Source of the DNA: Candidatus Latescibacterota bacterium
Lineage (GTDB): Bacteria; Latescibacterota; UBA2968; UBA8231
DNA length: 64,000 bases
Direction: 5' to 3'
Assembly: GCA_965248355.1 (NCBI GenBank)
Contig: OZ252098.1
Span: 5,408,001-5,472,000, forward strand
Part shown: positions 19,001-25,795 of the stretch, piece after piece
Position numbering within the stretch: the first letter of the stretch is position 1
How the letters are laid out: each line of letters begins with the position of its first letter
Translations under genes and position numbers: made by a program
Notes under the pieces: model-generated
What the model was told of the DNA's origin: nothing
Database searches by the model: none
Seen by the model: the letters and a program-made list of their open reading frames with translations, nothing else

Positions 19001-20559
19001 GAGACCTCCAGCCAGCGGTAGTCGGGGCTGGAGTAGAGGCGGTCGCCGGCGAGGCGCACCAGCTTGGTGAGGTTGTCGGCCTTGCCCAGGTAGGGCTCCT
19101 CGAACTCGTTGATCTTCACCAGCAGGTGCGAGCCGGTGGGGGAGGGGCGCTGGCTGATGACGACGTAGGCGGCGTTTCTCGAGGGGGACCGCAGCAGCTC
19201 GCCGCGCACCCGCTCGACCAGGCCGAGGCGCCGGCGGACGAGGCCGCTCGCCGAATCGACGTCGAGGGCGGTCTCCGGGGCGCCGGCCAGCTCATCGCCG
19301 TGGTCCTCCACCCGGGCGCGGGCCCGGTGCAGTCCCTGCATGAGGTCGTCCCGCTGCGCGTCGAGAACGGCTTCCTCGTAGCGCTCGCAGGCCCCCTCCA
19401 GCTGGATCAGGGAGACCGCCTGGTCCACCTCCAGCAGCAGCCGCAGCTCCAGGGCCGGCGACTGCAGAGCGGCGGCCCCGGCGGCGGCCGTCCAGGCCTC
19501 CTCGGCCAGCGGCTTCCAGGCCGGCGTCGGCGAGAGGCGCACGGCGTCGGCGAAGAGCGTGCCCTGGTTGTGGAAGGCGCGGCTCATGCGGCCGAAGACC
19601 AGCTCCTGTCCCGAGGACCGGGTCTCGCGGGAGAGGCGGCGGATGTTCTCCGCCTCGACCTCGCGGTCGTAGTCGCGCAGCACGCCGTAGAGCAGCAGGC
19701 GCTTGTCGTCCACGTCGGCGTCGCTGTCGAGGATCTCGCCGGCGGCCCGGCGGTCGTAGGGCAGGTCGAGACGATCCTGGCCGAGGAGCCAGGTGATCCA
19801 CCGGTCGCGGCCGTGCGGGGCTTCTTCGCGGCTCGCCCGCCGCAGGAAGGAGGAGAACAGGTTGCCGGCGTCGAGCTCTCCCGAGCCCTCGAGCAGGGCC
19901 AGGAGCACGGCCTGGTCCGGCCGTCCGAGACGGCCGTGGAGGTCGACGACCCAGTGCAGGGCCTGGCGCAGCGAGGCGCCGCGGACGACGTCGAGCTGGG
20001 CGAACAGCCCGAGGGCGAGGAGGAGCTCGACGCCGCGCAACCGCTCGGGCACCTCGGCGCTCAGATCGTCCTTGGCCTCCAGGCCGATCCCGAGGGCGGC
20101 CATGGCGTCGGCGGCCAGCCACAACCGCCGGCCGTCGAAATCGAGGAGGCGCTCGTGGCCCCGGCACAGGACCAGGGGCCGGTCGGTGCCGCGCAGGCTT
20201 GCGGCCAGCTCCGCCAGGCGGGCGTCGCCCTCGAAGCGCCGGGAGACCAGGCGGGCGGACCGTTCGCACAGCCGGGCCGCCAGCGCCGCCTCGGGGCCGG
20301 CGTCGTCGGGAACGGCCACGGACGTGTCGGCAAAGGGGCGGGAGCCGAAGGCCAGGGAACCGGCGGCCAGGATCTCGCCGGGGCCGCGCCGGGCGCGGCA
20401 GATCCCCGTGGGCCGGTGGTGGTCCACGAGCCGGAGGGGAAGGCCCTGGAGGCTCAGCGGCGGGGGCACGGTAACGGGCGAGGTTTCATCCCCGGTCTGC
20501 GGGAGCCGGTCGTCGTTCTTGTCGCCGGGAGAGATCCGGGGGTTGCTGACGGGGGCCAC
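13045..20559 (-). CDS. 2504-aa fusion: split UDP-glucose/GDP-mannose-family nucleotide-sugar dehydrogenase plus C-terminal ATP-grasp ligase
   Basis: Dehydrogenase motifs in the expected order: 'KINEFEEPYLG..GDRLYSSPDY..DHWIEAIP', 'TTQSAGMT', 'YTPSRVDLG', 'WVGG', 'EILKTGENA', 'GEGYGGYCVPKD', 'HVNRFMP', 'AEYKPDTQD', 'ALQGADV', 'IVDG', 'YAGIGLG'. ATP-grasp motifs: 'VYPFHG..LEDCGLPY..YDK..SGVDVP', 'IKDAAESGG', 'IQEVI', 'TNVGRGG', 'LDF', 'LIEPN'. Start uncertain. Confidence 0.8.
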   Translation of the reverse strand: MAPVSNPRISPGDKNDDRLPQTGDETSPVTVPPPLSLQGLPLRLVDHHRPTGICRARRGPGEILAAGSLAFGSRPFADTSVAVPDDAGPEAALAARLCERSARLVSRRFEGDARLAELAASLRGTDRPLVLCRGHERLLDFDGRRLWLAADAMAALGIGLEAKDDLSAEVPERLRGVELLLALGLFAQLDVVRGASLRQALHWVVDLHGRLGRPDQAVLLALLEGSGELDAGNLFSSFLRRASREEAPHGRDRWITWLLGQDRLDLPYDRRAAGEILDSDADVDDKRLLLYGVLRDYDREVEAENIRRLSRETRSSGQELVFGRMSRAFHNQGTLFADAVRLSPTPAWKPLAEEAWTAAAGAAALQSPALELRLLLEVDQAVSLIQLEGACERYEEAVLDAQRDDLMQGLHRARARVEDHGDELAGAPETALDVDSASGLVRRRLGLVERVRGELLRSPSRNAAYVVISQRPSPTGSHLLVKINEFEEPYLGKADNLTKLVRLAGDRLYSSPDYRWLEVSDHWIEAIPLFIKEEVLVDDEGVESTRTVIDIDGMEESFREEMADHWAANLRDVADTEYLAAARWLLCREAGPGGDEAAALDWARAAPGDPSAEIARAAGLVSRLARERAADLRGRIEREEEEPFEALCALLLEWSDESGSTLADALTRARQEPWSSLVDLEAEVGTARARSLHRGALEPRRPLPVLHVLTTQSAGMTDGYIRTWLEESMALHNVVAARGLESEVDERRAFYRRRLCALGERVVRELGIRVEVEETAAEEDLDESAAVSRVVGRNRTVQEEVAVLGALLELAEERGGEREAGDVSDPAEIGRLCEARDEELSREALDRVAARNGRQLEEEVAALRAAEPALSRPAALVRVVEGDEDYRQDLESFTRFLARRRLLAEWSREGGADGDDRRRTYLRRFSRLAKTTARKQVLLSHGLAHLSLDPAHRYGAAGGDKRYHLLYTPSRVDLGHRERESVETWSQWVGGADRASARAGREIYGLINKSVRSYDSLTEPEILKTGENASMASHLAFSNALSLMVSASGHGDIEEMGDQMSRRGDRVIHPAGEGYGGYCVPKDGLFLEFVLTLGRAEKLRQLGVPAEHHDGVARAAVGILGRREDFAARFEWEAWAAGVLGDVAGLGRLFAVREGERGPVPVFQITRLAEVLEGLGQPELRDSERATTARVARWGVHKMVAGAEHVNRFMPFFKVWLTRRALAEAARRHEGVAAAPVVVLTAEYKPDTQDGRFAAGMRKFEILCGTADHLLHALDAEGQTLAGLLSDGFDGVEGRGRADRAAAALGLDAGDPATPGLLRELFPAPPRPAEIRVVSPTGLSTQDLLGYTSDTSLEAIAEGARQELAAAGFSNAEIDASLATYGPHLERWATAADVDDSLRADLSRRLCGRLHALALQVLGPERSYERALQGADVLDTGIPHRGLLRLLEDPAAVCRLMLEGNPDSALVIVDGASGARRRALNRLDVMLWFAAGERHGREPVYAGIGLGSRTVEGWRQAMRRQRRRARRLAEIRRGGDAEAAAAEYERILAEVRLGQEAEQQLGEVDKLRRFGRLRRRDELVSRSLARLAGGLPLERATFADFLVLGGLFLLDGAPQEEIDGWRRDLGLGAGDAESRELESLLLHPARPPELEEFREEKGLESSNKAAEDQPAAALEARSQLRARILRARALHERHRGAESVDGRPASFAEARAAALEALGDGGGAVTDAAFGAFIAHARTALSALVSEQYDEDHADEAQRFHDHLSQLFLGPEIDPEDWRRIAGGYEDVGDFGRLAQAVVERDGAGGAGHGLRQVAAGAELLYILLALETTLPCTRPGAPPDAEGLWRALTDFFAETIDDHFHEYRPWVYSRGVGFAGYSGDALYELAVEHHGWLGRYLRHVVTHHTELAGRTLQDRDLLLGRYEGEVAVDPIGVTAVSEWERRWRAYGQLRELAFMRNDGFPIPPVFAAFDPDLIDADRRVNHLIALPVGRTHYSRALVEGPTLSRELTAAGRPGANLIISRGVDLVEGQGEDRPVVQVCSGHLHVSREEYAAALVRHGGLDADAAAAQAAAECTPKGVRLAVRFTRPLRAAVVYPFHGDPRYHEGRLEDCGLPYSVQSLFHTWTTYDKAKYPDIFVAASGVDVPHEIDWLAADTRRASSEGAARKSIENGLDGSDYPGLREFARHHRLVMIKDAAESGGRNARAFVLRRLASTSLDETELERAVDFIYQISLRHNVAIQEVILSSPEAWATDDFIDSFVRRQVVEWGSAVERRRRPRSPIYGSHRVIVSSDDPAADLPLEQRWHLSHWITLNSKQLITNVGRGGSLERFLPEIVQPSCRQALFDGLAAAARRVMEALSAYEGRSADAYRRDTGRPVGRDLTGLSYGTPRYMMLDFLVTPQFAEPGDLVEVNRQPGVEPVFILQHGDRRFPGTLSGWRVVLIEPNIGVGLWDRVALREEARERAASDAGGRPFDCDRVGENARIVLRDLSRAGEDYLRALERDR

Positions 20560-20764
20560 CTTCGGGGAGCTCCCGGCCGCCGGCGGGAAGGCAAGCCCGG
20601 CCGGTGAGGGATGGAAGGAGGGAAATTAGACCCCCGCGGAAAGGCGGGCAACACCGCCTGGGGGGGCTCTCCCCTCGGGCGGGATGCCCTTCGCGCCTGC
20701 AGAAGAAGAGCCGCCCCGAAGCGTGGGGAAGGGCCGTTGAGGGCCTCCCTTCAGGCGGCCGCGG

Positions 20765-21307
20765 TCAGGATTCCTCCTCCTCCTCGGCGAACAGCTCGGC
20801 GAGGTCGTAGACGTCCTCTCCGACGGTCACGGTCCCTCCGTAGGTCGGCGGATCGGTCGTGGCGTCGATGGTGATGTCCACGTTGACGTCGACCGGACCT
20901 TCCTGGCCCCCCAGCCCGCTGGCCACCAGGTCTCCCTTCAGAGTCACCGGTTGAACGAGAAGGTCCAGTGTCAGCTCGCCGTCGAGGACGAGCTGGCCGT
21001 CGGCCGAGAAGGATTCCAGCGTCAGCGTGCTGCCCGTCACCGCAAGGGTTCCCTGCTCCCCTTCGATGGTGCCGCCTCCGGTCAACAGCAACCCCATCGC
21101 CTTGACCACCACGGGCTCGAGGGCCGAGAACAACCCCTGAACCTGCTCCTGCGCCTCGGCGGCCTCCTCTTCCTTCGTCGTTCCGTTCTCCGGCCCGGTC
21201 GGTCCGTTGCCCTCGTCGTCGCCGCAGGCCAGGGCGAGCAGGGCGAGGGGCATGATGAGCAGGATCAGCCTCCGGGTCCCGCGGTAACGGCCGGGAACCT
21301 GTCTCAT
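20765..21307 (-). CDS. Hypothetical lipoprotein
   Basis: GGAGG RBS before ATG 21307; basic N-terminus, hydrophobic stretch and lipobox 'LLALAC GDD'. Confidence 0.75.
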   Translation of the reverse strand: MRQVPGRYRGTRRLILLIMPLALLALACGDDEGNGPTGPENGTTKEEEAAEAQEQVQGLFSALEPVVVKAMGLLLTGGGTIEGEQGTLAVTGSTLTLESFSADGQLVLDGELTLDLLVQPVTLKGDLVASGLGGQEGPVDVNVDITIDATTDPPTYGGTVTVGEDVYDLAELFAEEEEES

Positions 21308-21369
21308 GGAATCCTCCATTTTATTGGTGGCGTTGGTGGCGGCATCACGGCGCCGGTCGAACCGGTGGC

Positions 21370-21587
21370 TCACGGCTTCGCCTCGACGAAGCGGAGAAGC
21401 TCCTCCCTCGTCCTGGCGTAGTTCAACAGGTACACGGCGACGACCAGGTCGACCTGGTCGTCGCCGCTCGGGAGGTCTCCCAGGATCTCGAACAGCGAGT
21501 AGGCCTCGACATATCTGCGAAAAGCAGAAGCTTCGAGTCCTGGTAGGCTTCGGCGATGGCGTCGTACTGATTCTCCGATGGACTCAC
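21370..21587 (-). pseudogene. Remnant of a class I SAM-dependent methyltransferase (ToxA-like), frameshifted and internally deleted
   Basis: Frame 1 'ENQYDAIAEAYQDSKL', then after a frameshift 'FRRYVEAYSLFEILGDL' joined through a short linker to 'DLVVAVYLLNYARTREELLRF'; the SAM-binding LDLxCG segment is missing. Confidence 0.65.
21435..21466. repeat. Perfect 32-bp palindrome
   Basis: cggcgacgaccaggtc|gacctggtcgtcgccg, with no loop. Confidence 0.95.
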
Positions 21588-21645
21588 GAGTCTCTCCCGA
21601 CGCATGACTCGGCCCGGACCGGAACTCGACGGCGGGCTGGATCCC

Positions 21646-22044
21646 TCACCTGCGGGTGGTCCGGGCGCGCCGGGCGCTGGCGAGCAGGGCGGACACGTCC
21701 GACAGCAGGGCCTCGTTCTTGAAGGGCTTTTCAAGCACCCGGTCGGCGCCGGCGATGCTGGCCAGAGTCGTGGCCAGTTCCGGGTTCTGGTGCATGCCGC
21801 CGCCGGAGATGGCGATGATGCCGAGGGCGGGATGGCTCTTGCGCAGCTTCTTGATCAGCTGGACGCCGGTCATCCCCGGCATGTTCACGTCGGTCAGGAG
21901 GATGTCCGGACCGTGGGAGGCCACGCTCTCCAGGGCCGCTTCGGAGCGGTCCGCCTCGAGGACCTGGTACCCGGAACGCCGCAACAGCATGGCCAGCGCC
22001 GAGAGGACGCCCTCGTCGTGCTCGGTGATCAGGACGGTGGCCAT
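21646..22044 (-). CDS. Stand-alone response regulator receiver protein
   Basis: 'PDILLTDVNMPGMTG', 'IIAISGGG', 'LEKPF'. Confidence 0.9.
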   Translation of the reverse strand: MATVLITEHDEGVLSALAMLLRRSGYQVLEADRSEAALESVASHGPDILLTDVNMPGMTGVQLIKKLRKSHPALGIIAISGGGMHQNPELATTLASIAGADRVLEKPFKNEALLSDVSALLASARRARTTRR

Positions 22045-22047
22045 GGT

Positions 22048-23055
22048 TCAAGCCTCCGCTTCGGACCTGGGGATGAGGATCTCGAAGGCCGTCCCCTCGC
22101 CGGGCGACGACTTGACGGTGATCTTGCCATGCCATCCCTGGACAAAGCTGTCCACCACGGCCAGCCCCAGGCCCGTGCCCTTCCCGGTCTCCTTGGTGGT
22201 GAAGAAGGGCTCGAAGACCTTGTCCCTCACCTCGGGCGCCATGCCGGTGCCCTCGTCGGCCACGGTCACGCGGACATACCGGCCCGCCGCCAATCCCCGG
22301 GAGCGTGCGCCCCGGGCGTCGAGGGTGAGGGCGTCGAGGCCGATCGTTACCGTGCCCTTCCGGGTCATCGCCTCGGCCGCGTTCTTGAGCAGGTTCGTCA
22401 ACACCTGCCTGAACTCCGTCGGGTTGACGCGGATGGCGCCGGTCTCCTCCGCGATCCGGGTCTCGATCTGGATGCGGCTCCGGTAGGAGTCCTGGGCCTC
22501 GGCGGTGAAGTCCGCGAGATCCCGCGCCGGCGCCACTTCCTCCGGCTCCTGGGTGCCGCCGGCGGGGAAGGCCAGGGTGCCCTTGACGATCTCGGAGCCG
22601 TGCTCGGCGGCCTTGAGGATGTGCCGCATCCGGCTGCGGCGCTCCTCCGGCGAATCCTCGCGGTCGAGGCTGATCTGGGCCAGGGTGATGATGGGCTGCA
22701 GGACGTTGTTGAACTCGTGGGCGAGACCTCCGGTGAGGGCTCCCATGGCCGCCATCTTGCAGGCTTCGCCGAGCTGATCCTCCGTGGCCCGGCGCTTCTC
22801 CACGGCCTGCGCCAGGCGGGCTTCCGTTCTCTTCAGCTCGCGGTTCAGCCGCGAGGCCTCGCGCCAGCGCTGCGCGGCGAACCAGACGATCACGAGGGCC
22901 AGGGCGGGCACGGCGGCGAGGGCCTCGCCGAACTCCCACTTCCGGTAATGGCGCGTCATGTCCAAGAGGGCCTCGACCAGGTCGATCCTGGCGAAGGCGT
23001 AACCCATGAGGGCACAGGCGAAGGCGCCGATGATCAGGTCCCTGGAGGCTTTCAT
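22048..23055 (-). CDS. Membrane-anchored sensor histidine kinase
   Basis: Two N-terminal hydrophobic segments; 'GGLAHEFNNVL', 'QVLTNLLKNA', 'DEGTGM', 'FEPFFTTKETGKGTGLGL'. Confidence 0.92.
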   Translation of the reverse strand: MKASRDLIIGAFACALMGYAFARIDLVEALLDMTRHYRKWEFGEALAAVPALALVIVWFAAQRWREASRLNRELKRTEARLAQAVEKRRATEDQLGEACKMAAMGALTGGLAHEFNNVLQPIITLAQISLDREDSPEERRSRMRHILKAAEHGSEIVKGTLAFPAGGTQEPEEVAPARDLADFTAEAQDSYRSRIQIETRIAEETGAIRVNPTEFRQVLTNLLKNAAEAMTRKGTVTIGLDALTLDARGARSRGLAAGRYVRVTVADEGTGMAPEVRDKVFEPFFTTKETGKGTGLGLAVVDSFVQGWHGKITVKSSPGEGTAFEILIPRSEAEA

Positions 23056-23183
23056 GGAGAGATCCCGGTGTGTGAAGGGGTCGAGGCCGCCAAGCGGTTC
23101 GCCCGAAAAGAAAGTGCAGCGGAGCGCCCGGCGCACCGGAGCCGCCGGGAGCCGAACCGATTTGCCGGGCCTCCGGCCGGCGG

Positions 23184-23217
23184 GCGATATTGGCCTCCCT
23201 GCGATATTGGCCTCCCT
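23184..23217. repeat. Perfect 17-bp tandem repeat (gcgatattggcctccct x2) immediately upstream of fhs
   Basis: Read directly: copies at 23184-23200 and 23201-23217. Confidence 0.95.
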
Positions 23218-23220
23218 GCC

Positions 23221-24945
23221 ATGGAGACGAGGGTGAGCGATCTCGAAATCGCACGGGCGGCCACGCCGGGACCGGCCGTCGACATCGCCGCCGGCCTGGG
23301 GCTGTCGGAGCGCGACATCGACCTGCATGGCCGCTACAAGGCCAAGATCCACCTCGATGCCGCGGACGGCCGGAACCGCGGCGCGGCAGGGAAGTACGTC
23401 GTCGTCACCGCCATGACCCCCACCCGGCACGGCGAGGGCAAGACCACCACCACCATCGGTCTCAGCCAGGCCCTCAACGCCATCGGCCAACCCTCGATCG
23501 CCACGATCCGTCAGCCCTCCATGGGACCGACCTTCGGCATCAAGGGAGGCGCCGCCGGCGGCGGCTACTCGCAGGTCATCCCCATGGACGAGATGAACCT
23601 GCACCTGACGGGCGACATCCACGCCGTCACCTCGGCCCACAACCTGCTCTCGGCGGCCGTGGACGCGCGCCTCTACCACGAGGAGCGCCTGAGCGCCAGG
23701 CGCCTGCGGCGCCGCGGCCTGAAGCGGCTCGACATCGACCCGGAGCAGGTCGCCTGGAAACGGGTCGTCGACCTGGGGGACCGCGCCCTGCGCGAGATCG
23801 TCGTCGGCGAGGGCGGGGAGGGGGTGCGCCGCCGCAGCGGCTTCGACATCACCGCCGCCTCCGAGGTGATGGCGATCCTGGCGCTGGCCAGGGACCTGCG
23901 GGACCTGCGGGCCCGCCTCGGGCGGATCGTGGCCGCCTTCGACCGGGCGGGGCGGCCGGTGACCGCCGAGGACCTGGGCGCCGCCGGGGCCATGGCGGTC
24001 CTGCTCAGGGACGCCATGATGCCCAACCTGTTGCAGACCCTGGAGAACACGCCGGTCCTGGTCCACGCCGGGCCCTTCGCCAACATCGCCCACGGCAACA
24101 GCTCCATCGTGGCCGACGAGATGGCCCTTGCCCTGATGGGGGACGGGTACCTCGTGACCGAGAGCGGCTTCGGCGCCGACTGCGGCTTCGAGAAGCTCTG
24201 CCACGTCAAGTGCCGCTACTCCGGCTTGCGGCCGGACTGCGCCGTCGTCGTGGCCACGGTGCGGGCCCTCAAGTCCCACGGCGGCGCCCCGGAAGCCCGC
24301 GAGGCCGACGCCGCTCAAGAGATGGAGTGGCTGGAGCAGGGGGTGGACAACCTGGCCGCAAACATCCGCATCGTGGGCGAGTTCGGCGTCCCCGCCGTGG
24401 TCGCCCTCAACCTCTTCTCCGGGGACACCGACGCCGAGATCGAGCGAGTTCTCCAGGCGGCGGTGGGCCACGGCGCCGTGGCGGCCTGCGCCTGCGACGT
24501 CTGGTCCCGGGGAGGCGCCGGAGGGGCGGAACTGGCTCGAGCCGTGGTCGACGTTTGCCGGTCCGGGTCGAACTTCGAGTTTCTCTACGGGGAAGAGACG
24601 CCGCTGCGCGACAAGATCGAGACCGTGGCCACGCGCATCTACGGCGCCTCGGGAGTGGAGCTGGCCCCGGAAGCGGAGCGCAGCATCGAGCGTTGCGAGC
24701 AGCTCGGTTTCGGATCCGTGCCCGTGAACATGGCCAAGACCCACCTGTCGCTGTCGCACGATCCGGAACTGCGGGGAGTGCCCACGGGCTTCGTGCTGCC
24801 CGTGCGGGACGTGGTCCTGTCGGCCGGCGCCGGCTTCGTCGTTCCCCTGTGCGGCGAGATCCGCCGCATGCCGGGGCTGCCGTCGAAGCCGGCCTTCATG
24901 AACCTCGACCTCGACGCGGAAGGCCGGGTGGTGGGGTTGGCCTGA
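23221..24945 (+). CDS. fhs: Formate--tetrahydrofolate ligase
   Basis: 'TPTRHGEGKTTT', 'RQPSMGPTFGIKGGAAGGGYSQVIP', 'NLHLTGDIHA', 'VHAGPFANIAHG', 'AKTHLSLS', 'MPGLP'. Start is ATG 23221 or GTG 23233. Confidence 0.97.
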   Translation: METRVSDLEIARAATPGPAVDIAAGLGLSERDIDLHGRYKAKIHLDAADGRNRGAAGKYVVVTAMTPTRHGEGKTTTTIGLSQALNAIGQPSIATIRQPSMGPTFGIKGGAAGGGYSQVIPMDEMNLHLTGDIHAVTSAHNLLSAAVDARLYHEERLSARRLRRRGLKRLDIDPEQVAWKRVVDLGDRALREIVVGEGGEGVRRRSGFDITAASEVMAILALARDLRDLRARLGRIVAAFDRAGRPVTAEDLGAAGAMAVLLRDAMMPNLLQTLENTPVLVHAGPFANIAHGNSSIVADEMALALMGDGYLVTESGFGADCGFEKLCHVKCRYSGLRPDCAVVVATVRALKSHGGAPEAREADAAQEMEWLEQGVDNLAANIRIVGEFGVPAVVALNLFSGDTDAEIERVLQAAVGHGAVAACACDVWSRGGAGGAELARAVVDVCRSGSNFEFLYGEETPLRDKIETVATRIYGASGVELAPEAERSIERCEQLGFGSVPVNMAKTHLSLSHDPELRGVPTGFVLPVRDVVLSAGAGFVVPLCGEIRRMPGLPSKPAFMNLDLDAEGRVVGLA

Positions 24946-24991
24946 GCGCCGCCGGGCGGCTCAGGCCGCCTGGAACTCGTCGACCACCGGT

Positions 24992-25180
24992 CTATGAAGG
25001 CTTCTTCGATTGATCTGAAGAGTTGTTGCTTGAGCCCTTCTTGGGGGGTTTGGCTCCTTTGGGCATGGGAATATTCACCTTGATCGCGGGTATATTCCTA
25101 TCCTCAGAGAGCTGTCTGCTCTTGGTCGTGGAACTCTTTTCTTTAGCCACTTGACTCATCTCCTGATGGAGAGGTTCCAA
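24992..25180 (-). CDS. Small Lys/Ser-rich hypothetical peptide
   Basis: ORF overlapping the end of the two-TM gene; 'IPMPKGAKPPKK'; no recognised domain; start uncertain. Confidence 0.35.
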   Translation of the reverse strand: MEPLHQEMSQVAKEKSSTTKSRQLSEDRNIPAIKVNIPMPKGAKPPKKGSSNNSSDQSKKPS

Positions 25181-25666
25181 AGTAAGACTCGAAGTAAGCT
25201 CGTGTTCGTTCGGTTGCTTCGGTTTCGCAGTTTGGTTTGTGTGGCAGAGTTTGATCCTTGAAGTGTTTGTGGGATGCCTCCAGTTTTCTCTGCTTTAGGT
25301 CGGTAACGAGTTCGTAGATAGCCTTGTCCGAAAGTTCGCCTTCAAAAACCGAAAACCACTTGCTCTCTGCCTCAAGGGCTAATTTCTCCTGTTCTGTATT
25401 GAGGCTTCCGATAGCCTGGCACGTTTCTGAAATGGAAGAAACCCCTTGACCGCATTGACTACTTGCGAGGCGGCAATTAGAGATCCCCAGATCATGCCAT
25501 ATTCTTGCCAGATTGCCCATCCCCCAATGCTTGAACTGGAAGTAATAGCCAAGAATGCCTGTATCCGACTATTCCACTTTCCCGAGTGAATCTGGTAGGA
25601 CTGCAGATAGTAGACACCGGCCCTGAACTGCACCAAGTTGTCCCAGTAGATGCTCTGATAGTTCAA
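25143..25666 (-). pseudogene. Frameshifted two-TM protein (SLATT-like topology), ~174 codons if rejoined
   Basis: ORF 25379-25666 ('YWDNLVQF..IQAFLAITSSSSIGGWAIW..IWGSLIAASQVVNAVKGFLPFQKR') continues in another frame near 25415-25420 as 'AIGSLNTEQEKLALEAESKW..TRAYFESYF'. Confidence 0.55.
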
Positions 25667-25795
25667 GTTGAATTACCGCCTTGTCCTCGCGTTGATTCGT
25701 TCGCCCATCCGCTGGACAGTTCCGACGAGATAGCTATTCTACGGGTGCTGAAGGACCCTGGCAACTATAGGCCCTTCGCGTACGGAGCCGGTTTA

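Noticed and set aside
15880..20607. 1575-aa plus-strand ORF, and similar long ORFs such as 462-2450, 13285-15735, 43390-46989 and 47310-50846
   Set aside because: They are antisense shadows of well-supported genes in high-GC DNA and carry no recognisable motifs.
23221..24945. fhs as a marker of the Wood-Ljungdahl pathway
   Set aside because: fhs alone is general one-carbon metabolism; no acs or CODH genes are in the window.
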